DNA of 64,000 bases, taken from NCBI GenBank assembly GCA_040954595.2, contig CM082582.2, positions 7,132,063 through 7,196,062 of the forward strand, in the 5' to 3' direction. The DNA comes from Balanoglossus misakiensis. Lineage: Eukaryota > Animalia > Hemichordata. The notes below the pieces were generated by a model that saw only the letters and a program-made list of their open reading frames with translations, was not told where the DNA came from and ran no database searches. The position numbers and the translations under genes are program-made. Position 1 is the stretch's first letter. Every line of letters starts with the position of its first letter. Positions 26,189 to 36,827 of this stretch are shown here, in pieces.

Positions 26189-26264
26189 GAATATCCAGTA
26201 ATCCCAGGAGTCAACCATCCACCTTATCCCCACGAGCCTGTTGCCAGGGGAACGTTCAATATGG
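26189..26264 (+). CDS. IRF-A exon 5 (linker)
   Basis: actaatag acceptor; EYPVIPGVNHPPYPHEPVARGTFNM then G|gtaagt; phase 0 to 1, which restores the frame for exon 6. Confidence 0.65.
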
Positions 26265-26863
26265 GTAAGTACAAAATATTCTGCAAATCTGTCGCTTGGT
26301 GGCGGCATTGCTATACGGGATATCGAGAATACGGGGTTCACGTGGGGTCACGTAACGTTGCTCCAACTTCCGGGATTATTCTACTAGACGCCCACCTGGA
26401 ACAATGAACAGCGTCTCTGTTGTTACCTGCAACTTTCCATTTTAGAAAAAAGAGTTCAAGGGCAGATGAGTTTTCCCCGAAATATGGGGTGGGGGGTGGG
26501 GGGGAGGGGGTGATTTGGAATTAGGGACAGAGTAGCTACGATTGAAAGAAAAGTGACAAGAGTCGGCAAAGTCTGTGTTTTTTACTTGATGAATCTACTT
26601 CTGGATACGTTCTACTACCGATTCTGCTAATAAGTGGACTTGAAAACGGAAGCTGGCTACTTTCGCGTTCCATATCGCACTTTTATAATGTCGTTTTCAC
26701 TAGAGTGGATAGATAACAGAGAAGAATCAGCCACATAACATCAGCACACATGTATATGTCAATTTAACAATCTACAGTCAAATATATATATTTTTCCAAA
26801 CTCTTGAGATTATCAAGCATGGTGCGGCGTCGTACTGAACTACTTTCTCTTGTTCACTTTCAG

Positions 26864-27049
26864 TAATCAGTCCGCCGCACAAGATCACCGCCGATGCCTT
26901 CACGATGCCGCCGGAAGCGTCGACCCTCGACGACCTCGACGGAATCATCCGCAGTGACCTTGAAGCTGCCCACGACTCTCCGCAGGCAACCATTACCATG
27001 GCAACAGAATTTGGTGGTACGGTGACGGACACCTGGTCGAGGTCTTCAG
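26864..27049 (+). CDS. IRF-A exon 6 (linker)
   Basis: ttcactttcag acceptor; ISPPHKITADAFTMPPEASTLDDLDGIIRSDLEAAHDSPQATITMATEFGGTVTDTWSRSS; G|gttagt donor; coding-like GC content. Confidence 0.8.
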
Positions 27050-27421
27050 GTTAGTTTGTAAAATATCGTCGATATTTTGATAGCATTGCCCTTTTGAGCG
27101 CGTGCATTAGAAATGTCGTGTCTGTGAATCGAACGTAGACTAGCGCCATCAATGTTCAATCGATGGTGTACTTCTGTTTTTACGAAACTTCTCGGGGACA
27201 TTTCTTGTCTCGCTCTATATGTCAATCATTGTTCACATGTTTAGGTTGCGAATTTTCTAGTGCCATTATTGATGCGGATTACAATTTTGATCAAATTTAC
27301 GTGTTTTCATGAGTGATCAACCTACCAGTGAAATGAATTCCTAATACGGTTTAGTAACCAACGTCTGAATTCCCCCCCCCCCCATATCACATACTTACCC
27401 TATTTTTCCATGTTCAAACAG

Positions 27422-27682
27422 ACTCTTCCGGCTCCAGCATGAGCGACCACTGGGGCCACTCGCCCGACAACATTTCCACCACGGCGACGTACGGCTCCCC
27501 CGCCAGGCGGACCATCAAGCGGTCGTACAGCGACGAGGAGTCGGAGTACAACATCAAGCGGCTGAGGATCGACTGCTCATTCTCCCCTTGCTCCAGCTCA
27601 GACAGCGGCAGTAACAGCGACGGCGACATGGACAGGTTCACCTTCGACTCTTCCCCCATCAGTCCGTCAAAGTTGCCTCCAG
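27422..27682 (+). CDS. IRF-A exon 7 (Ser-rich linker)
   Basis: aaacag acceptor; DSSGSSMSDHWGHSP...KRLRID...SDSGSNSDGD...SPSKLPP; G|gtacgg donor. Confidence 0.85.
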
Positions 27683-27829
27683 GTACGGCGTTCAGTTGCT
27701 TATCCATGCACACTTGAGTGTTGAGTGTTTTAAGTGTGACGGAGTTGAAAAAAGCCTCAGTCACTCGCGTTTTGGGCTTAAACATGGTACAAAGCAGTGG
27801 ACGTAACACGTAACGCATTTCTCCCACAG

Positions 27830-28052
27830 AGCACTACCTTCAGGTGAAGATCAACTACAGATCTGTGATGGCCTCCGAGTATCGCGTCACGTGTCCCAGG
27901 GGATTCCAGCTCTGCCGCGAGATTGACATGCAGGAGCCGCACGCTCACTACGACAGCTTTGAGAAGATCGCCTTCCCGGCATGTTCCAGGTGGTGTCAGA
28001 GCGAAAAGCAGTCGCACCTCACGTCAACTCTGTTGGAATACATCGAAGGCGG
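27830..28052 (+). CDS. IRF-A exon 8: first part of IRF-association (IAD, SMAD/FHA-fold) domain
   Basis: EHYLQVKINYRSVMASEYRVTCPRGFQL...IAFP...TSTLLEYIEG, aligns by eye with the IRF4/8 IAD; GG|gtaagt donor. Confidence 0.92.
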
Positions 28053-28256
28053 GTAAGTGAAACACGCCTCCTACCACATACAGGGACTCAGAAGTGACCA
28101 CTAAAAGGAGACCAAGAAACTGTATTGGATATACAAAGCAAAAATACTGAGAAAATAACCAGAAGTTATAGATATTGGTCTTTTAACTTATTTTCAATAG
28201 ATGGCTTGCTTTTCGAGGCGATTGACTGCATTTCGATTTTGTTCATTTGTCGACAG

Positions 28257-28758
28257 GGTGCTCGTTGAAACTGGGGAAGGAGGAGACGTGTACGCCACTC
28301 GACTTTGCCGGACCGTCTTCTTTTGGAATACATCCTCCGCCACCGAGGAACCGCAGAAACTGCCCCGGAACGAGAGAGTGAAGATTTTCGACAGCAGGCA
28401 GTTTGAGATGGAGCTTGAGAATCACTTGCACAACGGTCTGCCGCGACCCTCGCCGCCCCACATCTACTTCGGCGTCGGCCAGAGGTGGAACATGGAGTGT
28501 CCGCTGCGCAACAACCTGATCTCTGTGACGGTCACGCCGCTGAGGGCACTGGAGAAACGCCGGATATACCCGCTGCTGTCCGGCACGACGACTACCACCG
28601 CCGCCGTCGCGCCCATCGGGAAACAACCCGTCGACCGGGGAGATATCGAGCTGCCGTCCGGGTCGCCGCCGCCGACGACGCCGATCACGCCGCTGACCCC
28701 GTGCGGCGAGTTCAACCACATGGCGATGGCGGTGAAAGCGATGCAGACCTGCTCTTGA
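28257..28758 (+). CDS. IRF-A exon 9: rest of IAD and Pro/Thr-rich tail
   Basis: GVLVETGEGGDVYATRLCRTVFFW...KLPRNERVKIFDSRQF...IYFGVGQRW...LISVTVTP...MQTCS*. Confidence 0.95.
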
Positions 28759-30322
28759 ACTTCAACTTTGGGAATCAATAGCCTGAGAGCGCATCCCCAA
28801 CAACCATGATGTTGCTATGGTAGCGCACCCAGCCGCCCATACGCAACGAGCGTGCACGCGTTCGGCGAGTTCTCGGACCTCGGCATACAACATACGCGTA
28901 TTGCCGCCGGACATAGAAGCTTCGTTCACGTCTAGAGTATTTCTAGTGAAACTGCATATACGTAGACGTTTCGACTGCCTGTGTAGGGATAGATGTTTTT
29001 GAATTTTGACCCATGACAACCGCGCTTGTGGACAGCAAGTTATCTTTATAAAAGAGTCTTCGCCAAGGAAACCACTTGCAAGGCAACCTACGTGGACGAA
29101 CTGTTATATCAACGTACTGTACCAACCATGGAAGTTGATTGCCCGCTGTCCTTCAAATGGCGAACAGTTATTCTTGAATTTCATTCAGATTTCCTTCAAG
29201 ACACCTACTCAATTTCGGGATTGGTTCATTCTCATATCGACATCTCATTTATTCATTTTTCTGTCTGTTTTAATGTAAAATGATGAATCTCCATTGTTTT
29301 ACCTTGGAGGTGATTTGTTCTAGTAAATAGTTTGCTTCCTACATTTGATATTAGAATGATGCCCCCCCCCCCCCCAAAAAAAAAAAAAAAAAAAAAAAAA
29401 ACACGAGCCAAACCCGTCGCGGGGTGTGTATAGCTTACATCAGCAGCTTTAATGTTCATGTACTTGTTAGGGGTTGGTGTAGCTATAGCAATTTTGGTCT
29501 GTAACTAGTAGCTGTAACTTTACCGGTAGCACCATTTCCCTGTGAATTGTCCATTTGACACCAATGTTTTCGTTACTAAGTAAATTTAGCGTTTTCTTGA
29601 AATTTTAAACACGTCAATACCTCAAGGTGATTGCCTCGTCAGAACGCGCTGTACACGTTATGATGGCAATTTGCGTTTCCACGTACCTGCGCCATTTGAC
29701 ATACAGTCGACATCACTTGTGAATTGATTTTTAGTAGATTGATTTCCAGTTCGTTTGTATTTGTGCATGTTCCGCGTTGTAAAAGAAAACCTTCTCAAGT
29801 TCTGCATTCTTTAAGTTTGATGAGAGGAGCTATTATTGGAATGCACCGCATTACACTCGACTTCTTTCCGGGTATAGCTCGTCCGCGTGACACGCACCAA
29901 GTACATGTACCACGGTCACGACGCGCGTCGACACTTTTTTGTAAATATCTATTTCCTCCTTTGTAGAGTCAGTTTTTTTCAGGTTCACGAAAATTGTCTC
30001 AATCTTAAAGCTAGCTACTCGTCTAATGGACACTTCTTATAAGCCCGTAAGTTCTGTCAGTGCTTAAATCTAACGTCTGTCCATTTTTACCATGCATTCC
30101 ATCATTTTCGTATCTGTCTTCGAAATAATTCCATTTTGCGGTGTGTTGCTCCTAATATACAGACTTTCTTAAATTGGTATAAGATTAAAGAATTAGAAAG
30201 TTGTAAATAGATACATAAACATTTTGCAAAAAAAAAATGTTTTATACCCAGATTTTAACTTGCAGCATTTCTTGTAAAAGTTAGCTTTGAAGAGTTGAAA
30301 TGTAGTTTTATTAAAACATGAC

Positions 30323-30328
30323 AATAAA
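30323..30328 (+). terminator. Candidate polyadenylation signal of IRF-A
   Basis: AATAAA at the end of an AT-rich stretch ~1.5 kb after the stop codon. Confidence 0.45.
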
Positions 30329-33080
30329 AACAGTTTAAGGATTTCAAACCGAAGTCGTGTTCTATTTTTCTAAGGAAAGTGGTGTTGGAAAAATGGATCC
30401 GATGTTTTGTTACAGATTAATTGTTACGAATGTGAATGTTTCATATTTTGTTGTAAAATTGATAGATGTAGTGGCACATGGTTGGCGTTAACTGGTTATT
30501 TCGTCCAGCAAAATGGCTTTGTAAACTCAGACAGCAGATGGAAAGCTGTCCGAAAGGGTTGCTGAATCGTTCGTGGTACACAGTGTGCCTGGCTACACCA
30601 AAACCGGACATGGATGAGAGCTTTCGTTGCGAAATATTGGAAGATGCGTGGCCACTCGGGGCTGGAGGTCGCCCTCTACCGTCTCGAGTTTCCAACCACG
30701 CACGTCATCACATGCACACAGCTGTATAACGCAATCAAGCAATAATACATGTACAGCGTTCGTGAAAATAGCGTGACGTCTATACGCTGTTACGTTCATG
30801 TGACTGGGGGTCAACTCAGGACGTACCAGTTTTAGTCATCACGTAGATCGTGAAGAACATGCGTTGAATGCTACGTACTTACTACACAGGTAAGCACGGT
30901 TTGGTTTGTGGGGACGATTCTGCTGTATCTGTGGAGCGCGGCTGGCGTATATTTTAGAGGCCAGGAAAAGGGGAAGGTCTCGCGTCGAAAAACTGTTGAT
31001 GTGGAAACGACTAAACCGGCGTGATCGAAGGAGTTCCCATTCAGTGCCGAGTACATTAGTGTACGTCGAGCTATTTTCGTTTTCATTTCGATCCAAGCAT
31101 TTGGATGCTCGACATAATCATCATCGCAGTTCTCCCGGAGAAACTTTTGTGTGTAGAGTCAGAATCTGGGCGCGTGTGCCAGTCACAAATAGCTTTCGAA
31201 ACCGTGAGTAGGCGAGGGGGAAAAAACTCAAGGCTGCGACGCCCCGGCGCGGCGTGGAGCAAGTATGCTATGCGGGGAGATCGCTTTCGAGTCCAGCGTA
31301 GTGTAGCCACGGATAGCCGTATAGCGCAGCCTTGAAAACTTCCTGTTTGCTGTGATGCGTGGTGCGTTTTACAATCGAAACTGGGTTCAACGCTCGCTCG
31401 AGATTTGCCGCCGTCGGGAAAAGGGAGCGACTTTCCACTCGTGGGCGAAATAAGAAAAAATCATTCATGAGTTGTTGATTTCTATTTGTTTGTACGGCGT
31501 ACCGGACGAGTTTAGGCCAATGCCCGCCCTCCCGGCCGCACTGTGTATCGATACCAAAAGTCCGTATGTAATTCAATACGCATGACTGTGCGTACTGTAC
31601 ACGTCACACTGAACTTACTTACGGAAGTTTTTATGTGGAAGAACTGAAAATCATCCACATATCCGCCATCCTTGATACGAGTGTCCGTGCTAAATTAATA
31701 CCCAATTGTCTGAAACCCGTTAGGACAATAACCAACGAGCGATCGGGCCATATTTTAAACTTCTCTCGTAAATCATTTATGGTATCGGTTGCCAAATCTG
31801 TTTGGGCACACTGTTACAGCGCTAGCGGCGACGCGTCGAAGTTGCGAAATTCTGCGAAGCCGAAGAAGTTGGGGTTCCTCGGAAGTTTTACGCCGCAAGG
31901 TGCAATATAGAGGTTCGCTCACCAGGTAAATCTCATTTGTCTTAGCAATCGAGGCCGATCGAGCTCTTGGTTTTTGGATACTGCGTCCAGCCCGACCATG
32001 AAGGTAAAACAGCATGTTCATTTCAACGCGCTTTTAGAAACGCGCTTCCGCAGCAGAAATTGAAGTGGCACCGTGCCAGACCATATATTTTTTGCTGCGA
32101 TTGGTCTCGAAATATCATGCGATGACGTTGGATCGGGGATACTGTCGTTCGAGAATCCTGGGGGTGTCAGCTTACCCATATAGGCCGAGGCCTTTACTAA
32201 TATTTTGGCCACGCGTAATCGCTGTTAATCCGCGACTTTCTTCGAGTCGATGTTGTTTTGTATAAACCGCGATATGGGAGCAGTTTTGCCGAGTTTAGTG
32301 TCAACATGTTTGACCGTCTTGGGCCGCTAAGTACTATTTTTTGCTTTGGAAACTGCGATCTGAAAGCGGAAAAGAAAACATATATTCTCTCTTCTACATT
32401 TATGTGCTTTTTGGCGCTCTTGTTCAATTTGTGAGAGCAATATTTGTTTGTTTCAAAAGTTTCAAAAGTTTTTTTTTTTGCAACGTTGGCAGAAATTGTA
32501 CATGTAGTGTTTCGGCGTTGCGCTGGTGATCCAGTTTCGTTTACGAGGGCTCAATATTTGAAGTATAATTTCCCTGCCACGCAAGAAAGAAAGATTTCGG
32601 CGAAAAAAAATATTAGCTTGTTGCATCGCAAAAGCAATTATTCTCATGGTGTTCAAGAAATGTTGCCGTTAAAAACATTTTTTTCTAATCTAAACTTTAA
32701 GCGAAAAAACGGCCGCACTGTGTTGTTGAAACCATGATGTTGTTGGGCAGTTCGCATTTTTGTTTAGTCTAAGAAAGTTTATTTTCGATATTCATCTCGG
32801 TGGATGTTTTGTTTTTCTTTCACGACTTTTCAGGAAAAAAGAAACAGGTTTTGTTTTTCGTGGCATGGAAACTTCATATGAAGTGTCACTGCGCGTTCCT
32901 GTTTCTAAAAATAACGCACGCTCCCACTTTTTTTCTCTCATCCCGTTTCATAACCTGTTTGAATGCGACTCCAAAGAAGGAAATACATTTTAAAGATCTC
33001 CACGAACTTGTTGGCGAGTGTGCGTTTGACCCTGTACCTCTGGATTTGTCTATTTTCTCTAGTTATTAACGATCATCACC

Positions 33081-33254
33081 ATGCCAGAAGGTGGACACCG
33101 ACTCAGACTGCGACCCTGGATAATCGAACAGATTAACAGTGGCAAATACAAGGGATTAGACTGGATCGATGAAAACAAAACTGAATTCAAAGTGCCGTGG
33201 AAACATGCCGCCAAAAACGATTATGACCAGGAAGAGGACTCCAAAATATTTCGG
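33081..33254 (+). CDS. IRF-B: first half of IRF DNA-binding domain
   Basis: MPEGGHRLRLRPWIIEQINSGKYKGLDWIDENKTEFKVPWKHAAKNDYDQEEDSKIFR|gtaagt; acceptor AG at 33061-33062. Confidence 0.97.
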
Positions 33255-33414
33255 GTAAGTCTTTTTTTTTATATTCTGTATCAATTTCTGTCTCTTTCTG
33301 TTTCTCTGTTTTCTGTCACGGTTGCTGCCCAATTCTCCCAGTTGCTAGTTGTTTTTCAAACTTTTGAAATGTACGGCAACAAGCTTCCTATAAACTGCTT
33401 ATGCTGTTGACTAT

Positions 33415-33518
33415 GACTCTGTCTGTCTGTCTGTGTATGTGTCTGTCTGTCACTCTATTTGTCTGGCTATCTATTGATAGATATATGTCTATTTGTCTGT
33501 CTATCTGTCTGTCTGTCC
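33415..33518. repeat. Degenerate (CTGT/CTAT)n microsatellite
   Basis: Runs of gtct/ctat units are visible. Confidence 0.8.
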
Positions 33519-34815
33519 ACGGTTCCTCCCAAGGGGCCGTGGTCTGTCTAAGTTTTTTTGTACCTTCCTCATTATTTTGCAACAAAGTGAAAGTACTACG
33601 TACTCACCAAGTCCTCTCCTTTTGAGGAGTTATGGCAGCAGACACTCATTATTTGTTCAAAAATCAACATTTTATATTTTAAAAATGCATTTTTTAAATG
33701 TTTGTGGACAAGTTTTTGTTTGTGATGTTCATTCATTGGAAGTACCAGAATGTCATAAATGACAAAAAAGTGGTTGACGCACCTGGCCAGTTCTGAGAAT
33801 TCTAGGAATTGTCTTTTTTTGTGTTTAAGACTGAAATTTTTGGAATCACTGAAAACATGTGGAATGTTTGTCTCTTTTTTTCTATGAACTCAGACATTTT
33901 CACTTTATTGCAATTTTAATGCGAATTTCAGAGTTCTTTTTTCCTCATTACCTGTTGAGTGTTGTTTGTTCAGAAAAGTTTTTAGAAACAATGTTTAAAA
34001 AATCAACATATGTTGTGCTATTCACTGAAAAAAATAGATAATGTTTAAAAATAGATTTGAATATAAATGAGAGTGAAGTTTTTCTACACTTTCCGAAACA
34101 AATAACTATTTCCTGGTTGGAATAATTTTGCAAAAATTATGCATTGCTGAGTAACTTTACTATTTTTTTTTTTTTTTTGAGCAAGCAGATTTTACCAGCT
34201 TTCTGTTTTAGTTTAATTACCGGTACTTTAATTAATGGTTTATTCGGAAAATTGTGTTTTTCTGAGATTGTTTATATTATTAAGCCCACAGTCGAACAAA
34301 ACTGACCTTGTAACAAAAGTGGCGATGGGGACTTTAGGGGATTTTCCCAAATTCATATGCAAATCATCCATCTTTTTGTCCTGTTATCAATCACCCCTCC
34401 AAAAGGGGAAGCTGGTTTTTAAAACCCTCTCAGTTTTCACGTTTTTCTGTGTTTCTGTCTCGTGTGTATTTTAACAAACAAACAAGCTGAGAAAAGAAAG
34501 CGTTTTTTAGAAAGAAAAATAACTCTTAGGTAGTCAATTCTCAAAAAAAATTTCCTACTGCACTGCAGAGAAGGGAGAATTGAGCTGCTATGTACCAATT
34601 TTTAGTTAATCTCAGTTGAAGTTCTCTCCTGTACTAGAATTTAGGCTGTTAGCAATTTCTAAATGGGTGCAGTTTACATGGTGGTGTTATTCTAAAGAGA
34701 AATATCTGCACTCAGATTTTCAGACTTTGATGCAAGTTTCTGCAAGCCACAGTGGTACTTTTGTCAACACCAGAAAAGTTTGATGCAGAATCTCACAATT
34801 TTTTTCTCCAATAAA

Positions 34816-35205
34816 TACTCAGAATCTGGAATCACGTTCCGAGAATCATCACATACCCCCCTCGGAGGGCTTCCCCCTGCCTCGGGAATACCGGGAATAT
34901 CGACTTTGTTCCCAGAAACGGAGAAACCCCCTCCAGTCTGAGCTATATATTGACTACTGGGAAGACAGTCGTATATGGAATTGGTTCTAAGAATCGCCGT
35001 CTGTCTCCCAGGGCCGCTGTCTGCTGCGCCGTAGACAGTTTAGACTATAGAGACACAGCTATTTCTGGGGGTCAGTGGTGTAAATGAGGGTGTTTTCCTT
35101 CTTTATGGAAGTTTCACCTGGTGGTTTCGGAGAATCGCTACAGCCACCCCGGCCTAGGTCTATATTTTGACTACCTGGAATGGGCTATGCTAATTATTCT
35201 CAGAA
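34816..35205. promoter_or_regulatory. Cluster of STAT/GAS (TTCN3GAA) sites in an IRF-B intron
   Basis: Exact sites at 34837, 34909, 34985, 35126, 35197; one-mismatch TACN3GAA at 34816, 34889, 34955, 35172. Confidence 0.65.
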
Positions 35206-36646
35206 ACAGCTAGCCCTTGAAAATAAGATCTGTCTAATTAGTTGGTTGGAGCTAGATGACTTAAAAACATGGCAGGGTGTGCTGTTGTGATTTCTGGGAC
35301 CTGCGTTTGGTGGTTGCCTCGTCGTTTCCATGGAATTTCGGTGATATTGAGGTGCTGGACATGTCTGAGTCGTGGCCCTAATCAAGCGGACCAGAGGTAC
35401 GACGCTGGAATGCTTTTGGACAATGGCGGCCATATTTATACTTAACTTGGCAGCTATGTATACATGTATGTGTGTGCATACGTGCTCTATGTGTTTCAAG
35501 TTTTGTCTGAGAAGAACCAGCTTTAAGACTCGATTGAAAACTCTGTGGATGTACATTACACTCCAAGTGTTGCAAAGTTTCTGAAATATACGCTTAGGTA
35601 ACCTATTAATTTACAATGTACCTTTCATGACATGCAGTGGCTGCGTGCCCTATTCATGACTAGTACACATTGGCAAAGTTGGCAGAACTTTCCAGAAGAT
35701 TTTCACCCCAAGACCACGATTCGACATTTCGAGGATAAAATTAGATTTTGTTCGTTCATCTTGGGTCGCATAAAATTACTCAAAATACTTTGTGACATTT
35801 AGAGGACACTGACTTTACATTTTGCCAAGGGAGATAATGAATGCATACAGGCAGTTGAAAGCAATTCACTAATCGTCTTCAGGTCAAGGACTGTGCTAGT
35901 AAAGGCTTTCTTTGCCCCAAATTATATTTAATTCTTTTGAGTGAACTTTTTACCTTTATTGCAGTGAGGTGAATCGACAACAGGTCTCTTTTTAATCAAA
36001 GAACAGGGGAATTAATGTTGCCATATTGGGTTTATAAAATTCTCATTTGGGATTAACATATGTTCACTTTGTGATGTGACCCTGACTCATTTTTTTCAGT
36101 TTGACAGAATCTGTAAACTTTTACAACGCTGGAAAAAAAATCCCCAAAGACTCAGTTCAATTCTTGTTCTTTGTGACCTGCAAGCTGACATTTGCCAGCA
36201 TTTGTGAAACTATGACGAAAGCGACAAAATGTGGATTTCCATAAAGTTTTATTCTCATGTCTGAGTGTTCAAACAAATTCTATGGATCCTTTGATCATAT
36301 ATGCACTGTATGTGTGACAGACATGGTTGGATTGACTGCAGTAAAATAAATTCCTTTTGTGGTAACTGTTTGGAGTTTGAATATGACTGAATGTGTATTC
36401 AGCAATCTTCAAAAAAGTTCACCCATGATTTACATTTTGGGGTAAACCGGTTTAAAATTTTGGCAATTTTCTGTATGTGTAAATTTATGTTGCCAAAAGT
36501 CTTGCTGTTAATCATGACACTTTTATGTGTCAGTGTCATGCCATAAATTTAGTTTTGTGTTTCTCTGAATATTAGAATATCATCTGTCATTTATTGTTTT
36601 CCGAACTATAATTCAAGTAATATTTTTTAATTTCCATATTATCCAG

Positions 36647-36827
36647 GCCTGGTCTCTGCACACCGGCAAATACAAAGTGGGAATCGACAAAGTGGAGCCG
36701 GCCGTCTGGAAGACAAGACTCCGCACGGCTCTCAACAAACTGCCGGATGTCTACGAAGTCCGCGACAAGAAGCTAAGAAGCGCGGAAGGCATCCCATTCC
36801 GTGTGTACAAGCTGCTTCCACAGCGAG
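36647..36827 (+). CDS. IRF-B: second half of IRF DNA-binding domain
   Basis: AWSLHTGKYKVGIDKVEPAVWKTRLRTALNKLPDVYEVRDKKLRSAEGIPFRVYKLLPQR; atccag acceptor, G|gtacgt donor. Confidence 0.97.

Larger units (their letters stand above)
21841..28758 (+). other. Gene model IRF-A: IRF4/8-like interferon regulatory factor, 9 coding exons, 596 aa
   Basis: join(21841..21951,22475..22663,25031..25208,25884..25948,26189..26264,26864..27049,27422..27682,27830..28052,28257..28758) = 1791 nt; all introns GT-AG, phases 0,0,1,0,1,1,1,2, no internal stop. Confidence 0.85.

Noticed and set aside
28243-28781. Overlapping ORFs in other frames and strand
   Set aside because: Shadows of IRF-A exon 9.
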